A stretch of 64,000 nucleotides of DNA, taken from a virus. The notes beneath the pieces were generated by a model. It searched no databases. It saw only the letters and a program-made list of their open reading frames with translations, and was not told the origin of the DNA. The first letter of the stretch is position 1, and each line of letters starts with the position of its first letter. A program made the position numbers and the translations under genes. Shown piece after piece: positions 17,812-28,300 of this stretch. The stretch covers positions 32,001 through 96,000 of IMG/VR virus record IMGVR_UViG_3300047091_000002; one strand, given 5' to 3'.

Positions 17812-20800
17812 TTAATAAACTGGATAATTATTAGGATAATTATTAGTTGCTTCCAAATCTCCATTAATAGGATTACCGGGATTATACGGAGGTGGAAATT
17901 GGCTGCTTGGTGGTAGAGGAACGTAATTACTAAAACTACTCCAACCATCACTTCCGGCACCTCTATACATATTTCTATATCTAATTCGTAAAGATCTAGT
18001 TAATGTTCCAGCAGGAGAAATCTTATAAAGAACTCCCGGTCTAAAGGGAATTATTTCACTTGTTTGTAGCGATCCGGGGCTAGTAAACTTCTGAAATTGA
18101 ATATCGGTTACAGAAAATGCATTTACTCCACTTGGAACCTGGACTTCTATAACATTTACAGGAGAACCGGATTCATCTACCCCCCGTGTAACTCGCATCG
18201 GACCTGTACCAGCGGGAACGGTTAAGGCGGTATCGGAAAAAACATTATCAAACCCGTTAAGAATCGTTATATCAATAACACTATTTCCTATAACGTCTTC
18301 TAATGGTCTCGAATAAGTTGAAAGTGGTCCAACCGTAGTCCATACACTAAAAGTTCCACGGTTCTGCATATTTTGAACTCTAGCATGAAACCATAGATTT
18401 TCTAGCACATCTGTCTTTCTTTTAAACGTAATTGGACCAGATCCGGTTTTCTCTTTACGAACATTCACTCCGGGAGTGGCAGAATTCGCCATTTGCACTT
18501 GCCATTCAAGTTGAGAATTAACATTCGATAGCGGAATAACTGGAGTAACAATAAATACTCCAAAATATTCTTGTACGTCTATTGATTGCGGTGCCGAAGG
18601 TGCTGCAATATCACCGGGAATATTGTCTGCCTCATTCGGTAATATTGTAGATGTAACGGCGGCAGTACCGTTGGTCTCCACCCCAGAAACTATGTTAACC
18701 GCCAATACTGTAGCGAACACCCCGTTAGTAATAAATGTAGATGCTATTTCGGATCGCTTTAAATGTGTAGTATGATGCGTATCGGTAACTAAAATAGTTG
18801 CAGCAGCTTGGGAAGCTGCAATTTGTCCGGTGTGAGGATCCATGAAAGTCCCCCCTAACCCAGATGTATAAAATATCTTATATCCTATTAAAGATTTAAC
18901 ATTGGAACTAGATCTAATCCATGTAGTTTTCCAACCCCTCTTATTGGTAAAGGTTAAATTTAAATTAGTTACAGCATTCGCGGCAGCAGTATCCTCTGTT
19001 TGAGCGTCATCTCTTATTGGAATTACTAACGGGGATGTAGTAGATGTTCCATCGGTTTCTACTCCGTTTACTACATTTACCGGAATTACTTTAATTCTTA
19101 CACCTGCTTGAAATTGCAATGCTATCTCAGAAAATTTCAAATGCGTTGTATGGTGGGTATCAGTAACTAAAATAGTTGCACCAATTTCAGTATTAGGAGA
19201 TGCTAGTTGTCCTGTATTAGCATTCATAAAATTCGTACCTAAAATATCTACATAGGAAATTTTATATCCTTTTATTGAACTTATATTAGATGCTGGTCTA
19301 ATCCACGTACCCTTCCACCCCTTACGATTTGTCCAAGTAAGTGCTATATTACCTACTACAGATGCAGCCGCCGTATCTTCTGAAATAGCATCTCCGGGTA
19401 AAGTTTGAGTAGTCGAATACTCAGTAAATGGTCCAGCACTTAATGTTCCGGTTGTTTGATTAAAATTATAGGATCGCACTGCTATTTTTAATCCATTAAT
19501 CTGAAATATACTGGCTAATTCCAATCTTAAAATATTTAAATTAATTTCATTTGGTTCAGTAAAAAATTCAGAATTAGCATCTGTAGTTATTGGTGTTCCC
19601 GGATTATTAATATCAACCCAATTATTTGAATCATTTCCGGCACGAATTTTAAAGCCGTACTTGGCTATTGCTTTAGGAGATTCGTCTGGACTAGACTGTA
19701 TGTGAGTCGGAGTATCCCACCGAGCTTTTGTTAACTTTTTATTTACTTTAAACGTAAGTCCAGCTTGCACTGCGGTTGCTTGGGAAGTTGAATTCACCCA
19801 ATTTGCCGCATCTCTATCGAATACGAAATCCGAATTTCCAGTAAGTGCTGCAATAGATGTAGTTGTTCCTGACGAGCCGAATCCTATATTAGAAGAAGGA
19901 TTCGTAGTTTCTATCGGACCTGTCGAGCCATTAGTAAAATTATATATGCGAGCTATTATCCCTATTCCCCCAGTAATAGCTCCGGCAGGAAGCGTTGCCT
20001 TGGTAACATGTCCGTGAAATCTAGATGGGCCAAAAAATCCCGAATTTCCGCCCCTTCCGAATGTTGCCGTAGTTGATGCAGTCGAAACGATACCAATATC
20101 CGCACCAGTATCAGGATTAAAGAGATTTCTTGCTACAGTAGTTCCGTTAGCAGTTGCGGGATAGAAGAAGCCGAATTCGTGGTCATGCACAGTATTATTG
20201 TTATTTGCAGATTGATTTAATTTAACAATAATTCCTTTGGAATTTTTCCAAGTCGCCGTTCCTGTAGCAACATCTGGGGCACCAACATCTACCGCGCCAC
20301 CACTAGAATCCGAACCCGGCGTTATTAACGAACTTGTTGATGTATTAGTCGATTCAGTCAATACTCCACCAACAATATTAGTTCCCCAAATCCGAAGCCT
20401 TACTCCAGAAGCTAAAAATATAGGATCAACTTGAGAACGTTTCAATTTAAGATGAAGGTGGCTACCTTCTACCTTGAATTTTGCTTGATTCTCCGTAGTT
20501 CCAGATGCAAAGGCTACTCCGGTATCAGGATCCATAAATCTAGCAGGTACGGAATCATTGAAAATTGATGCGTAATAAAATTGATGCGATGTTGCGTTAG
20601 TTGCAGGTCTATCCCACGTACCTTTAAATCCGAATCCATCTTTCCATCTTAATAAAATATTTTGCGGTGCGGATTCCATCGCAAGATCTCCGGTTGTAAC
20701 AGGAAGCCCCGAAGTAGTATTTAAAACAGTGGAAAAGTTAGTAGACCAACGCCCGTTTTTCTTTTGAGCTAGTACGGATACGAAATATGTTTGACCGGAT

Positions 20801-23800
20801 GTAATTGTTATTCCGCCGAATACCTCATCATTATAAAATCTTCTATGCGATACCGATTGAACATCTATAGCCTGAACATCTACATTTTTCGCAGTATTTC
20901 CAACATTATAAACCGTAACAATACCATTTCCTCGAATGGCATTAAGAGTTTTCGATACCCCCGGTGTATCGGTTCCATCAGTTGCTATAGTTATATCTTG
21001 TCCCGGTCCTTTTGTTCCGAATGGAACAGTAGATATAAGAACTAAGTATCTACGAACGGAGACTTCTTCTATAGCATCCCAATCGAATAAATATCCATCA
21101 TTTTTCTGTCTTATACTTCCACCAATTACAGTTTGTAATGTGTTTGTGAGTCCTGCTATACCGGGATGAAATTGAAAAGGTGCGGCATCGAATATAGCAT
21201 CTGTTTTGAAACTTTCTATTGGAGGCGGAGTACCAATATATCCTATTAAATATACTTTTTCAACAGTTTGTTGTTGCCCTACTTCTCGAATTTTAGGTCC
21301 ATAAAATACTATATCAGATGGAAAATAAGTACGATGTTTCTTTTTAGCCCACCTGAAATCTCGATTCATTATGATGTCTACATAACCATTTGCTAAATCC
21401 TCATCACTTACGTCTTGCAGATGGGAGTGAACTATTCGATTATCATCATAATTTCCTATAGAGTAATCTTCTACAGGATCAGATTCTTTCATCCGCATCT
21501 TTATAGCAGAATTACTTTGCCCAAGATGGATTCTATATTTACCTGAAAACTCTACTCCAGCAGTTTGATCATCATCATCCTCTATTGCTCCTCCTAAAAC
21601 TTGCGGAGCGGATTGGAAGAAATCAACAAGTGATATAGATCCTACAGTAACAGTTGGATTTGTTGCATCAAAGGGGGTTACAATAGTTCCCTCATCACCA
21701 AATCTATCTACCCAAGCAGCGGATGCCCATATAATATCATCTTTATCGGTATCTTTAAAATCCAAATGATACCGAGATATTCCAGTATCGGAAACTATTT
21801 TATGTGTTACAATAACTCCATCATCACTATCCTGATTGAATTCACTTCTTAATGTAACATCAGAAGTTCCAACATCCTTTCTTAATACGAAAAATCTAAT
21901 AAACTCTGCTCTACCAGTTATTTCCTTACCTGTAGGTGGTGGTCCCACACGAACTACTAATCTGCCACCGGGTTTAATTTTTACTACTTCAAATGGTGTA
22001 GGTGCTGGAAGTGTAGGAAGAGTACAAGCAAGTTCAAGAAAATCGCCACTATATTTATCTCCCATTCCTTGAACTCTAACTTTAATTGATTTAGACAATG
22101 GTTCATAAGGAAGAGGATACGATTCGTTGAATATCTCATCCACTTGCCTCCATATAGGAGGTGTTATAGGATCATTATCTTCATCAAGCAATCGTTGTAT
22201 TTGATAGATTTGGGCACCAGAAGGTCTACCCCAAGTATAAGTGATTAAATTAGTTTTTGCAGAATAGTGACAATGTACTGTAGATGTATCAATAGATAGG
22301 GGCGGATAAATCACCTCAACAAATAATTTATGCACCTTACTACCATCAGAAACAGTACCTCCAATAAATACTGGGGCTTCATGCAAATCTCCAGTAGCAT
22401 AATCAGCAGGATCAAATGATGAAGATGCCGGTTTTCCTGCTAAAGTAATCGAACCTCCAGAAATTCCCAAGGTAACATTATCAATATCATTCCAAGTACC
22501 GGAAGATATTCTAGGTCCGGTAGCCATTAAAGGTCTAAATCCAGGTCCGAAATCTTCTTGTTTTGCTAAGAGTTCTCGGTTAATTAACTCTACAGAATCC
22601 GGTTCTCCCAAAGTAATATGATAGTTGAGTACGCATACAATACTATTTGTCGAAGGATCATAATCACCGCCTAAAAATTCAACACTTACCTCACTTATGG
22701 GGACTGTAGCCGGTTCAATTAAATATTCGCTAGGTACATCTACAGCGAAAGTCTTAGGAGGAATAGGAAAATGACTTGTAAATATCGATTCTCTAAGTAT
22801 AGTTCCTTTAGGAAGAGGGAAAGCAAAATCATTTATAATTGCTTGACCTATAGAAGTACATTCCGCCTCGGTAATGGCAGTTTCGGATTGTATTAAATCT
22901 CCTTGACGAACTCCGAATACTGCCTGACTCGCCGCATCCTCTACAACAACATCGGCTTGTTTAGCCTCGTCATAATTAAGAAGAAGTCTAATAACTCCTC
23001 TAAGAGGTAATCTATCCCCAACGAAAGTGGCTATAGCACCATTCCCCGATTTGGATATTGAAATATCGGCAGTAGTACCCTGCCCAGTATCTACTCTAAG
23101 TCTTCTTCCCGGTTCTCCAGTATAAGGATTGGCTAAAAGTACAACATCAATTGCAGGACCGTAACTTGCGCTCCAACCCCTTGCGCTTATTCCCGATCCC
23201 CCGGAAATAATTAATTTAGGTTTCCCAAATCTATTACTTGGAGCCGCACCAGAATAAACTATCTTTTCTGTAACTATTACAGTTGTTCCATCGCCAGAAG
23301 CAATTTGATCCGTTACCAAGAGCCCGTCCGGTATAGGATCTATTTCTATCGTATTTCCACTTCGAGATTTTATAGTTACAAATCCTCGAATATCTTCTGG
23401 ATCTCCATTAGAAAATATTCTTATAGAATCGGGTAAATCATTTACAGTGTGTCCAGAAGGAAAAGAAAGAGTTAGTATATTACTCGATATTCCAGTAATA
23501 GTAGCTAAGACAGTAGATCCAGCATCCGCATTTAATAGACTTTCTGCTATTGTTACTTGCAATCCACCGGGGGTAAATTGAGCTAACCAATTGTACGAAT
23601 ATTGAATTGTGCCAGAAGGTGCGGGACCTCCTTGCATAAATGGTGTTGCCTGAGAAAAAGTTGCTCCTCCTACTACTGCACCCATCGAGCCTGGGTTTAC
23701 TGAAACTCCTAATACAGTGATATTATTTCTACCAATAAATCCGCATACTACGCCTGATCCAGTATTATGAATATCCGATACTTCAACAGTAGTGGGATAG

Positions 23801-24708
23801 TGAATAGGAGTTATTTTCGGTAAGGTAGTTTCATCAGTAGCACCTATATCCCCACCATCCATTGAGACATTAAGTAACTCGGCAGCATCAAGTCCGTAAG
23901 GCGTAGCTCCTAATTTAAATGATGAATCTAAAGCATCTATCTCTCTAAATTCCATTACAGTAGAGTTAGGACCACCGGCAACATTTCCCTTAATTCTTTG
24001 GTAATTGATTATTTGCTCAGAAGGAACAATAGGTTCTTTAAACGGTGAAAAATCGTGATCATCTTTATCTACTGAAAGTCCCGATATGCCAAAACTCGAT
24101 TCATAATTAGCAGTAATTCCCAATCCACCGGGACTAGATGGATCTAATATAGCGATATAATTACCGGCAGCTACATTTTGTTGTCTTAATATATCCGATA
24201 ATTTGCCAAAATCCTCTGTATTAAGATATGGTACGCTATTACCATCAACTATATTGGTTACAACTAACGTAGAATCAAGAAGTGGAATAAGAGTTCTTAA
24301 AATCTCCCCAGATGTAGATTCAATAAATTCCATCTTCGGAAGAGGAATTCTATCGCAAGCCGTCAATCTATCAATTAAATCATACGTATAAACAACGATA
24401 GGTGCGGAAGCCGCTCCAGCATAAAAAGTAGTCTGGGTAGTTACGGGAATCATTTGAAACACCTCTCCCGTAGGAACTACTATACTGAATGCACTTTGAA
24501 CTCCCGGAGCGGCTTCTGGATTATCGGTAGCATCAATCATTACAGAAGCTACAGCACCTAATCCTTTTCTTACGGTTAATTGAAATTTCTCCCACACGAC
24601 GGAATGAGAAAAATCCGAGTTTCCACCAATTAACCGAAGATCGGTCTTTGTACTAGCCGTTGCTCCATACAGAGCAACTCCATATTTTTTCGTGTTATAT
24701 TTCGCCAT
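17812..24708 (-). CDS. large tail tip / central fibre protein with Fn3-like repeats
   Basis: 2298 aa, downstream of the TMP; beta-rich; W-x-R-P...Y-x-I Fn3-like motifs repeated. Confidence 0.8.
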   Translation of the reverse strand: MAKYNTKKYGVALYGATASTKTDLRLIGGNSDFSHSVVWEKFQLTVRKGLGAVASVMIDATDNPEAAPGVQSAFSIVVPTGEVFQMIPVTTQTTFYAGAASAPIVVYTYDLIDRLTACDRIPLPKMEFIESTSGEILRTLIPLLDSTLVVTNIVDGNSVPYLNTEDFGKLSDILRQQNVAAGNYIAILDPSSPGGLGITANYESSFGISGLSVDKDDHDFSPFKEPIVPSEQIINYQRIKGNVAGGPNSTVMEFREIDALDSSFKLGATPYGLDAAELLNVSMDGGDIGATDETTLPKITPIHYPTTVEVSDIHNTGSGVVCGFIGRNNITVLGVSVNPGSMGAVVGGATFSQATPFMQGGPAPSGTIQYSYNWLAQFTPGGLQVTIAESLLNADAGSTVLATITGISSNILTLSFPSGHTVNDLPDSIRIFSNGDPEDIRGFVTIKSRSGNTIEIDPIPDGLLVTDQIASGDGTTVIVTEKIVYSGAAPSNRFGKPKLIISGGSGISARGWSASYGPAIDVVLLANPYTGEPGRRLRVDTGQGTTADISISKSGNGAIATFVGDRLPLRGVIRLLLNYDEAKQADVVVEDAASQAVFGVRQGDLIQSETAITEAECTSIGQAIINDFAFPLPKGTILRESIFTSHFPIPPKTFAVDVPSEYLIEPATVPISEVSVEFLGGDYDPSTNSIVCVLNYHITLGEPDSVELINRELLAKQEDFGPGFRPLMATGPRISSGTWNDIDNVTLGISGGSITLAGKPASSSFDPADYATGDLHEAPVFIGGTVSDGSKVHKLFVEVIYPPLSIDTSTVHCHYSAKTNLITYTWGRPSGAQIYQIQRLLDEDNDPITPPIWRQVDEIFNESYPLPYEPLSKSIKVRVQGMGDKYSGDFLELACTLPTLPAPTPFEVVKIKPGGRLVVRVGPPPTGKEITGRAEFIRFFVLRKDVGTSDVTLRSEFNQDSDDGVIVTHKIVSDTGISRYHLDFKDTDKDDIIWASAAWVDRFGDEGTIVTPFDATNPTVTVGSISLVDFFQSAPQVLGGAIEDDDDQTAGVEFSGKYRIHLGQSNSAIKMRMKESDPVEDYSIGNYDDNRIVHSHLQDVSDEDLANGYVDIIMNRDFRWAKKKHRTYFPSDIVFYGPKIREVGQQQTVEKVYLIGYIGTPPPIESFKTDAIFDAAPFQFHPGIAGLTNTLQTVIGGSIRQKNDGYLFDWDAIEEVSVRRYLVLISTVPFGTKGPGQDITIATDGTDTPGVSKTLNAIRGNGIVTVYNVGNTAKNVDVQAIDVQSVSHRRFYNDEVFGGITITSGQTYFVSVLAQKKNGRWSTNFSTVLNTTSGLPVTTGDLAMESAPQNILLRWKDGFGFKGTWDRPATNATSHQFYYASIFNDSVPARFMDPDTGVAFASGTTENQAKFKVEGSHLHLKLKRSQVDPIFLASGVRLRIWGTNIVGGVLTESTNTSTSSLITPGSDSSGGAVDVGAPDVATGTATWKNSKGIIVKLNQSANNNNTVHDHEFGFFYPATANGTTVARNLFNPDTGADIGIVSTASTTATFGRGGNSGFFGPSRFHGHVTKATLPAGAITGGIGIIARIYNFTNGSTGPIETTNPSSNIGFGSSGTTTSIAALTGNSDFVFDRDAANWVNSTSQATAVQAGLTFKVNKKLTKARWDTPTHIQSSPDESPKAIAKYGFKIRAGNDSNNWVDINNPGTPITTDANSEFFTEPNEINLNILRLELASIFQINGLKIAVRSYNFNQTTGTLSAGPFTEYSTTQTLPGDAISEDTAAASVVGNIALTWTNRKGWKGTWIRPASNISSIKGYKISYVDILGTNFMNANTGQLASPNTEIGATILVTDTHHTTHLKFSEIALQFQAGVRIKVIPVNVVNGVETDGTSTTSPLVIPIRDDAQTEDTAAANAVTNLNLTFTNKRGWKTTWIRSSSNVKSLIGYKIFYTSGLGGTFMDPHTGQIAASQAAATILVTDTHHTTHLKRSEIASTFITNGVFATVLAVNIVSGVETNGTAAVTSTILPNEADNIPGDIAAPSAPQSIDVQEYFGVFIVTPVIPLSNVNSQLEWQVQMANSATPGVNVRKEKTGSGPITFKRKTDVLENLWFHARVQNMQNRGTFSVWTTVGPLSTYSRPLEDVIGNSVIDITILNGFDNVFSDTALTVPAGTGPMRVTRGVDESGSPVNVIEVQVPSGVNAFSVTDIQFQKFTSPGSLQTSEIIPFRPGVLYKISPAGTLTRSLRIRYRNMYRGAGSDGWSSFSNYVPLPPSSQFPPPYNPGNPINGDLEATNNYPNNYPVY
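18620..20700 (-). repeat. about five tandem ~125-140 aa Fn3-like repeats in the tail tip protein
   Basis: Recurring G(W/F)KGTW.R, FMDP.TG and TILVTDTHHTTHLK (identical in two copies). Confidence 0.75.
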
Positions 24709-24722
24709 ACAAGATTAATTAT

Positions 24723-25340
24723 TTAAAATTTCACAAACAATCCAACTTTACCACCATACGATTCTCCAATGTAGTGCTTACTAGGATCGAATGTAGCGAC
24801 AAATCTAGCTATAGAAACTCTGCCCGAACTATAAAATCCTATATTACCTATTATAGGTTTAAAATATTCTACAACTACTGTCATACCCTTCAATGAATTC
24901 GGATCAGCTAGGGTCCCGCGTATAGGTCCAAGAAAGCTAAGAGTTCCTACAAAATCACTTGCTTTAATTCCTATTCCTACTGAATCACGAGATACGGTTT
25001 TGGTGTACTTGGAATTTCTATGGCTTGTAATTGATCCACTTCCTAATATAAATATATTATCGGTTAGATAGAACCTAGCACCTATTCCACATACTAAAGT
25101 ATGCCCATCAGATAAGAAAGTTTTTTCTGATGCCAACCACTCAGTATTAAGGATGCCTTCCCAACGAGGTGAGAATTTATAATATCCTGTTAAACTAGCC
25201 CCGCTGGTAGGTGCTTTATAGGAAAATTGAGAATTATCTGCAATATCATATGCAACAACTATTTTAGCTTTCTCCTGCGCTCCGCAAGAAAGACTAACTA
25301 AACATAATAGAATGAAAGAATAAAGAATCTTTCTAAACAT
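24723..25340 (-). CDS. outer-membrane beta-barrel protein (Lom/OmpX-like position)
   Basis: Signal peptide (MFRKILYSFILLCLVSLSCGA/QE), alternating beta strands, C-terminal GLFVKF beta-signal. Confidence 0.7.
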   Translation of the reverse strand: MFRKILYSFILLCLVSLSCGAQEKAKIVVAYDIADNSQFSYKAPTSGASLTGYYKFSPRWEGILNTEWLASEKTFLSDGHTLVCGIGARFYLTDNIFILGSGSITSHRNSKYTKTVSRDSVGIGIKASDFVGTLSFLGPIRGTLADPNSLKGMTVVVEYFKPIIGNIGFYSSGRVSIARFVATFDPSKHYIGESYGGKVGLFVKF

Positions 25341-25348
25341 TTTTCTCC

Positions 25349-28300
25349 TTATTGATTTACAGTTCTATACCTTGATAGAAGACTTGGATTAATACGTCCC
25401 GAAAGTTGTAATTGCTTACTCGCGTCGATCCCAACTTTTTGAGTCTCAACGGGTTGCCCATTTACTCTTAAATTAAGATTAATATCCTGCGTAGCTCCGA
25501 TAGAACGAGTTAAACTGGGTAACTTATCAACCACTCCTTGCCAAGCAAGAGCGGCTTGAGTTAGTTTATCCGCTGCAAGTCCTAAATCAGCGGCGGAATC
25601 TCGACTTAATTTGCGGATGAATTTTTCTATATCGAGCCTTTGGTTAACAAAATCGAGTTTTTGTTTTTCTCCGGCTAACTGATCTTCTATTTCTTTTTGC
25701 TGTTTGCGAAAATCTCTTTCGAGTTCTACAAGACGTTTTCGTTTGCTTTCCGCTTCGGAAACTTTAGGATCGATTCTACCCTCTAATAGTATATCTCTCT
25801 GACTTTTAGCAAAATCATCGGCACTCTTTTTTAATTGATCAAGCAAATCGGCTTGAGTCTTTTTAATCTCATCCGTAATTTCACCAATGGATAGTTTTAA
25901 GAAATCTCGAATATCTCCTATAGCATTTAAGGCATCTTGAGGATTTTCAAAAGAATCGAAAAATTCCTTAACTTGTTTTTTAAGATCCGTTATTTGTTTA
26001 GCAAAATCTCTAACATTTGCCGGAAGTTTTAGAAGTTCTAACGCAGTTCTAAAATTATCCTGAACTTCCTTCGCTTTATCTCTAAGATTAGCTATCTCAT
26101 CATTTATATCCTTTGTTATTTGTTTTAACTGATCTGCACCACCTTTACGACCACTTAATTGTCTACGAGCATCTTCAAGTTTTGTCTGTAATTGTCGTAT
26201 CCCATCACCTAAACCAATAGCTCCATTAGAGATAGCTTTTTTAAGATCATCTATTCCAGCAGTAATCGCTTCCGCCATCTCTTTGGTTTTTTGTTTAGCT
26301 CTAGCTCCAAAGAAGGAAACGATTCCTCCGACAGTTTCTACTATAGCGCCTATAGTCTTAGCTACTGGATGTGGTATTTGCGATATGCCACGACCAATAG
26401 TAGAAATTATTTGTCCCTTATCTCCGCTTCCTATAGCCCCTATTATATCCGCCGCAACATTTAAAGCTGTAAGAGCAAAAGCACCAACTTTTTGTACGAC
26501 ATTTGCTTTTCCGGGCGTGGCAAAACGACCAAGTATATCATCTACACTAGATCCAAATTCACTAGTATCCGCACCATTGAGTAAATCTCCCCCGATACTA
26601 GGCGTAACTCTTCTAGGTCTTGTTTCTTCTCCAGATACAACTTGCTTAAATCCTAAAGCTGCTTTAATTATTATATCTAGAAATTGATTTCCAGTAACTA
26701 AAAGCCTATCATCGAAGTTTTTTCCAGCATTTTCTATTGTTCCAGCAGCTTTCTCTAATGCCTCCGCCGGAGATTTAGGTCTTCCACGCTTGGAAAGAGT
26801 TTCTAATAAGTTCGCAAGTCCTTCAAATACACCGGATAATTTATTAAAAGGAAGTCCCTTAAATTTCTTAGTAAACTCGTCAAATTCTGGGTCCGGTAAA
26901 GACTTGATAGCATCAGCAACTTTTCTAAGTCCTTGAGATGTAAGAAATAAGGGGTTAGAAAGTTCAAAAGCACGATTCTTTAATTCAAATAATTTCTCAT
27001 TCAAATCATCTATTTGAGATTTAAGATCTAGTTGTTTACGAGCTACTTCTGGATTTTGATTCGCGGTCCCAACATTAGGAAATTCAGTATTTAATCTCTG
27101 TTGTAATCCTGCTTTTTGTTGTTCAAGTAATTGAAGTCTTTCCTGAGTTATTCTAAGTAACGCATTACGAGATTCATTCTCATTTAAAATCCCGATCTCT
27201 TTTTGCTTTTCAACAATACGTTCTATAATGTCAAGTCGCTTAAGATCGAATTCGTTTAATTCATTTTGGAGTTTTAACTGATCTAGCTGGATGTCTCTTT
27301 GCTCTACAAGATGCTTTAATAGCGCTACAGCGCTCTCTCTGCGATTTTTATCAAGTTCTAATAGTAACTCAGCCTTCTTACTTTGATCAACATTTAAATC
27401 GATTAGAACCTGCGTAGCTTCTGCAACCTGTTTGACTTTTTCAGGATCGAGTTTTAGCTGACCACCAACAGTTATTATTGAAGCTTGGAGATCTACAATC
27501 TGCCGCTGTATTTCTCGTCCTTGGTTGGCTAGATCATCAAGAATAGCCTTACTTGCTTTCGGAGAAGTAGCACGTTTCTTATCTAAATCAACTAATTTAG
27601 TTTTTAATTCTGCAATTTTATCTGCAATTTGAAAGAATAAATCAAAGCCTCCAGCAGAATTAAAGAATTGAGTAAATTCATCTTCGGAAGTAAGTTTCTG
27701 AACTCCAATTGCTTCCTTAAAGGAGCCTACAAGATTTTTGATTCGTTCTCTGGCAGTTAGAATTTCTTGTTCAAAATCAGCGTTTAGAAAAGGAAATAAT
27801 TGTTCCTTTAACTGCTGTTCTCTTATTTCTCTTTGTTTTTTACTCGCCTCGAATTGCGCTTGCTCGTTTTGTCCACCACTGAATATACCTAATCCAAATA
27901 AAATATCGGTGATTTGAGCGCGAGATTGTTCTGCTCTATTAAGTAATTCAAAATTGGCATCAACCTCTTTTTTCTTTAGATCAAGTCTTTCCTTTGTAGC
28001 TTTACGAACTGTATCCGTAATTTGATCTTCGGCTTTTCCTAAATCTTCTACTCTTTTAATAAAAACATCTATCTTTTCGCCAGTTAACTTCTCGAAAGAT
28101 TCTAAGTCTCTATCTCGAAGATCGGTTTTCTTTTTGTCTTTCTTTTTATCTCTTGGACCTTGTTTTTGATCTGCGATTAATTTAGCAAAACCAATGTTTG
28201 CATCAATTAACTCTTGTCTAGCTCTCGAAACTTGATCATTAAGATTAAAGGCATTCTCTATCAGTTGAGATTCAAACTCCGATGCTGCTTGAAAAGGAAT

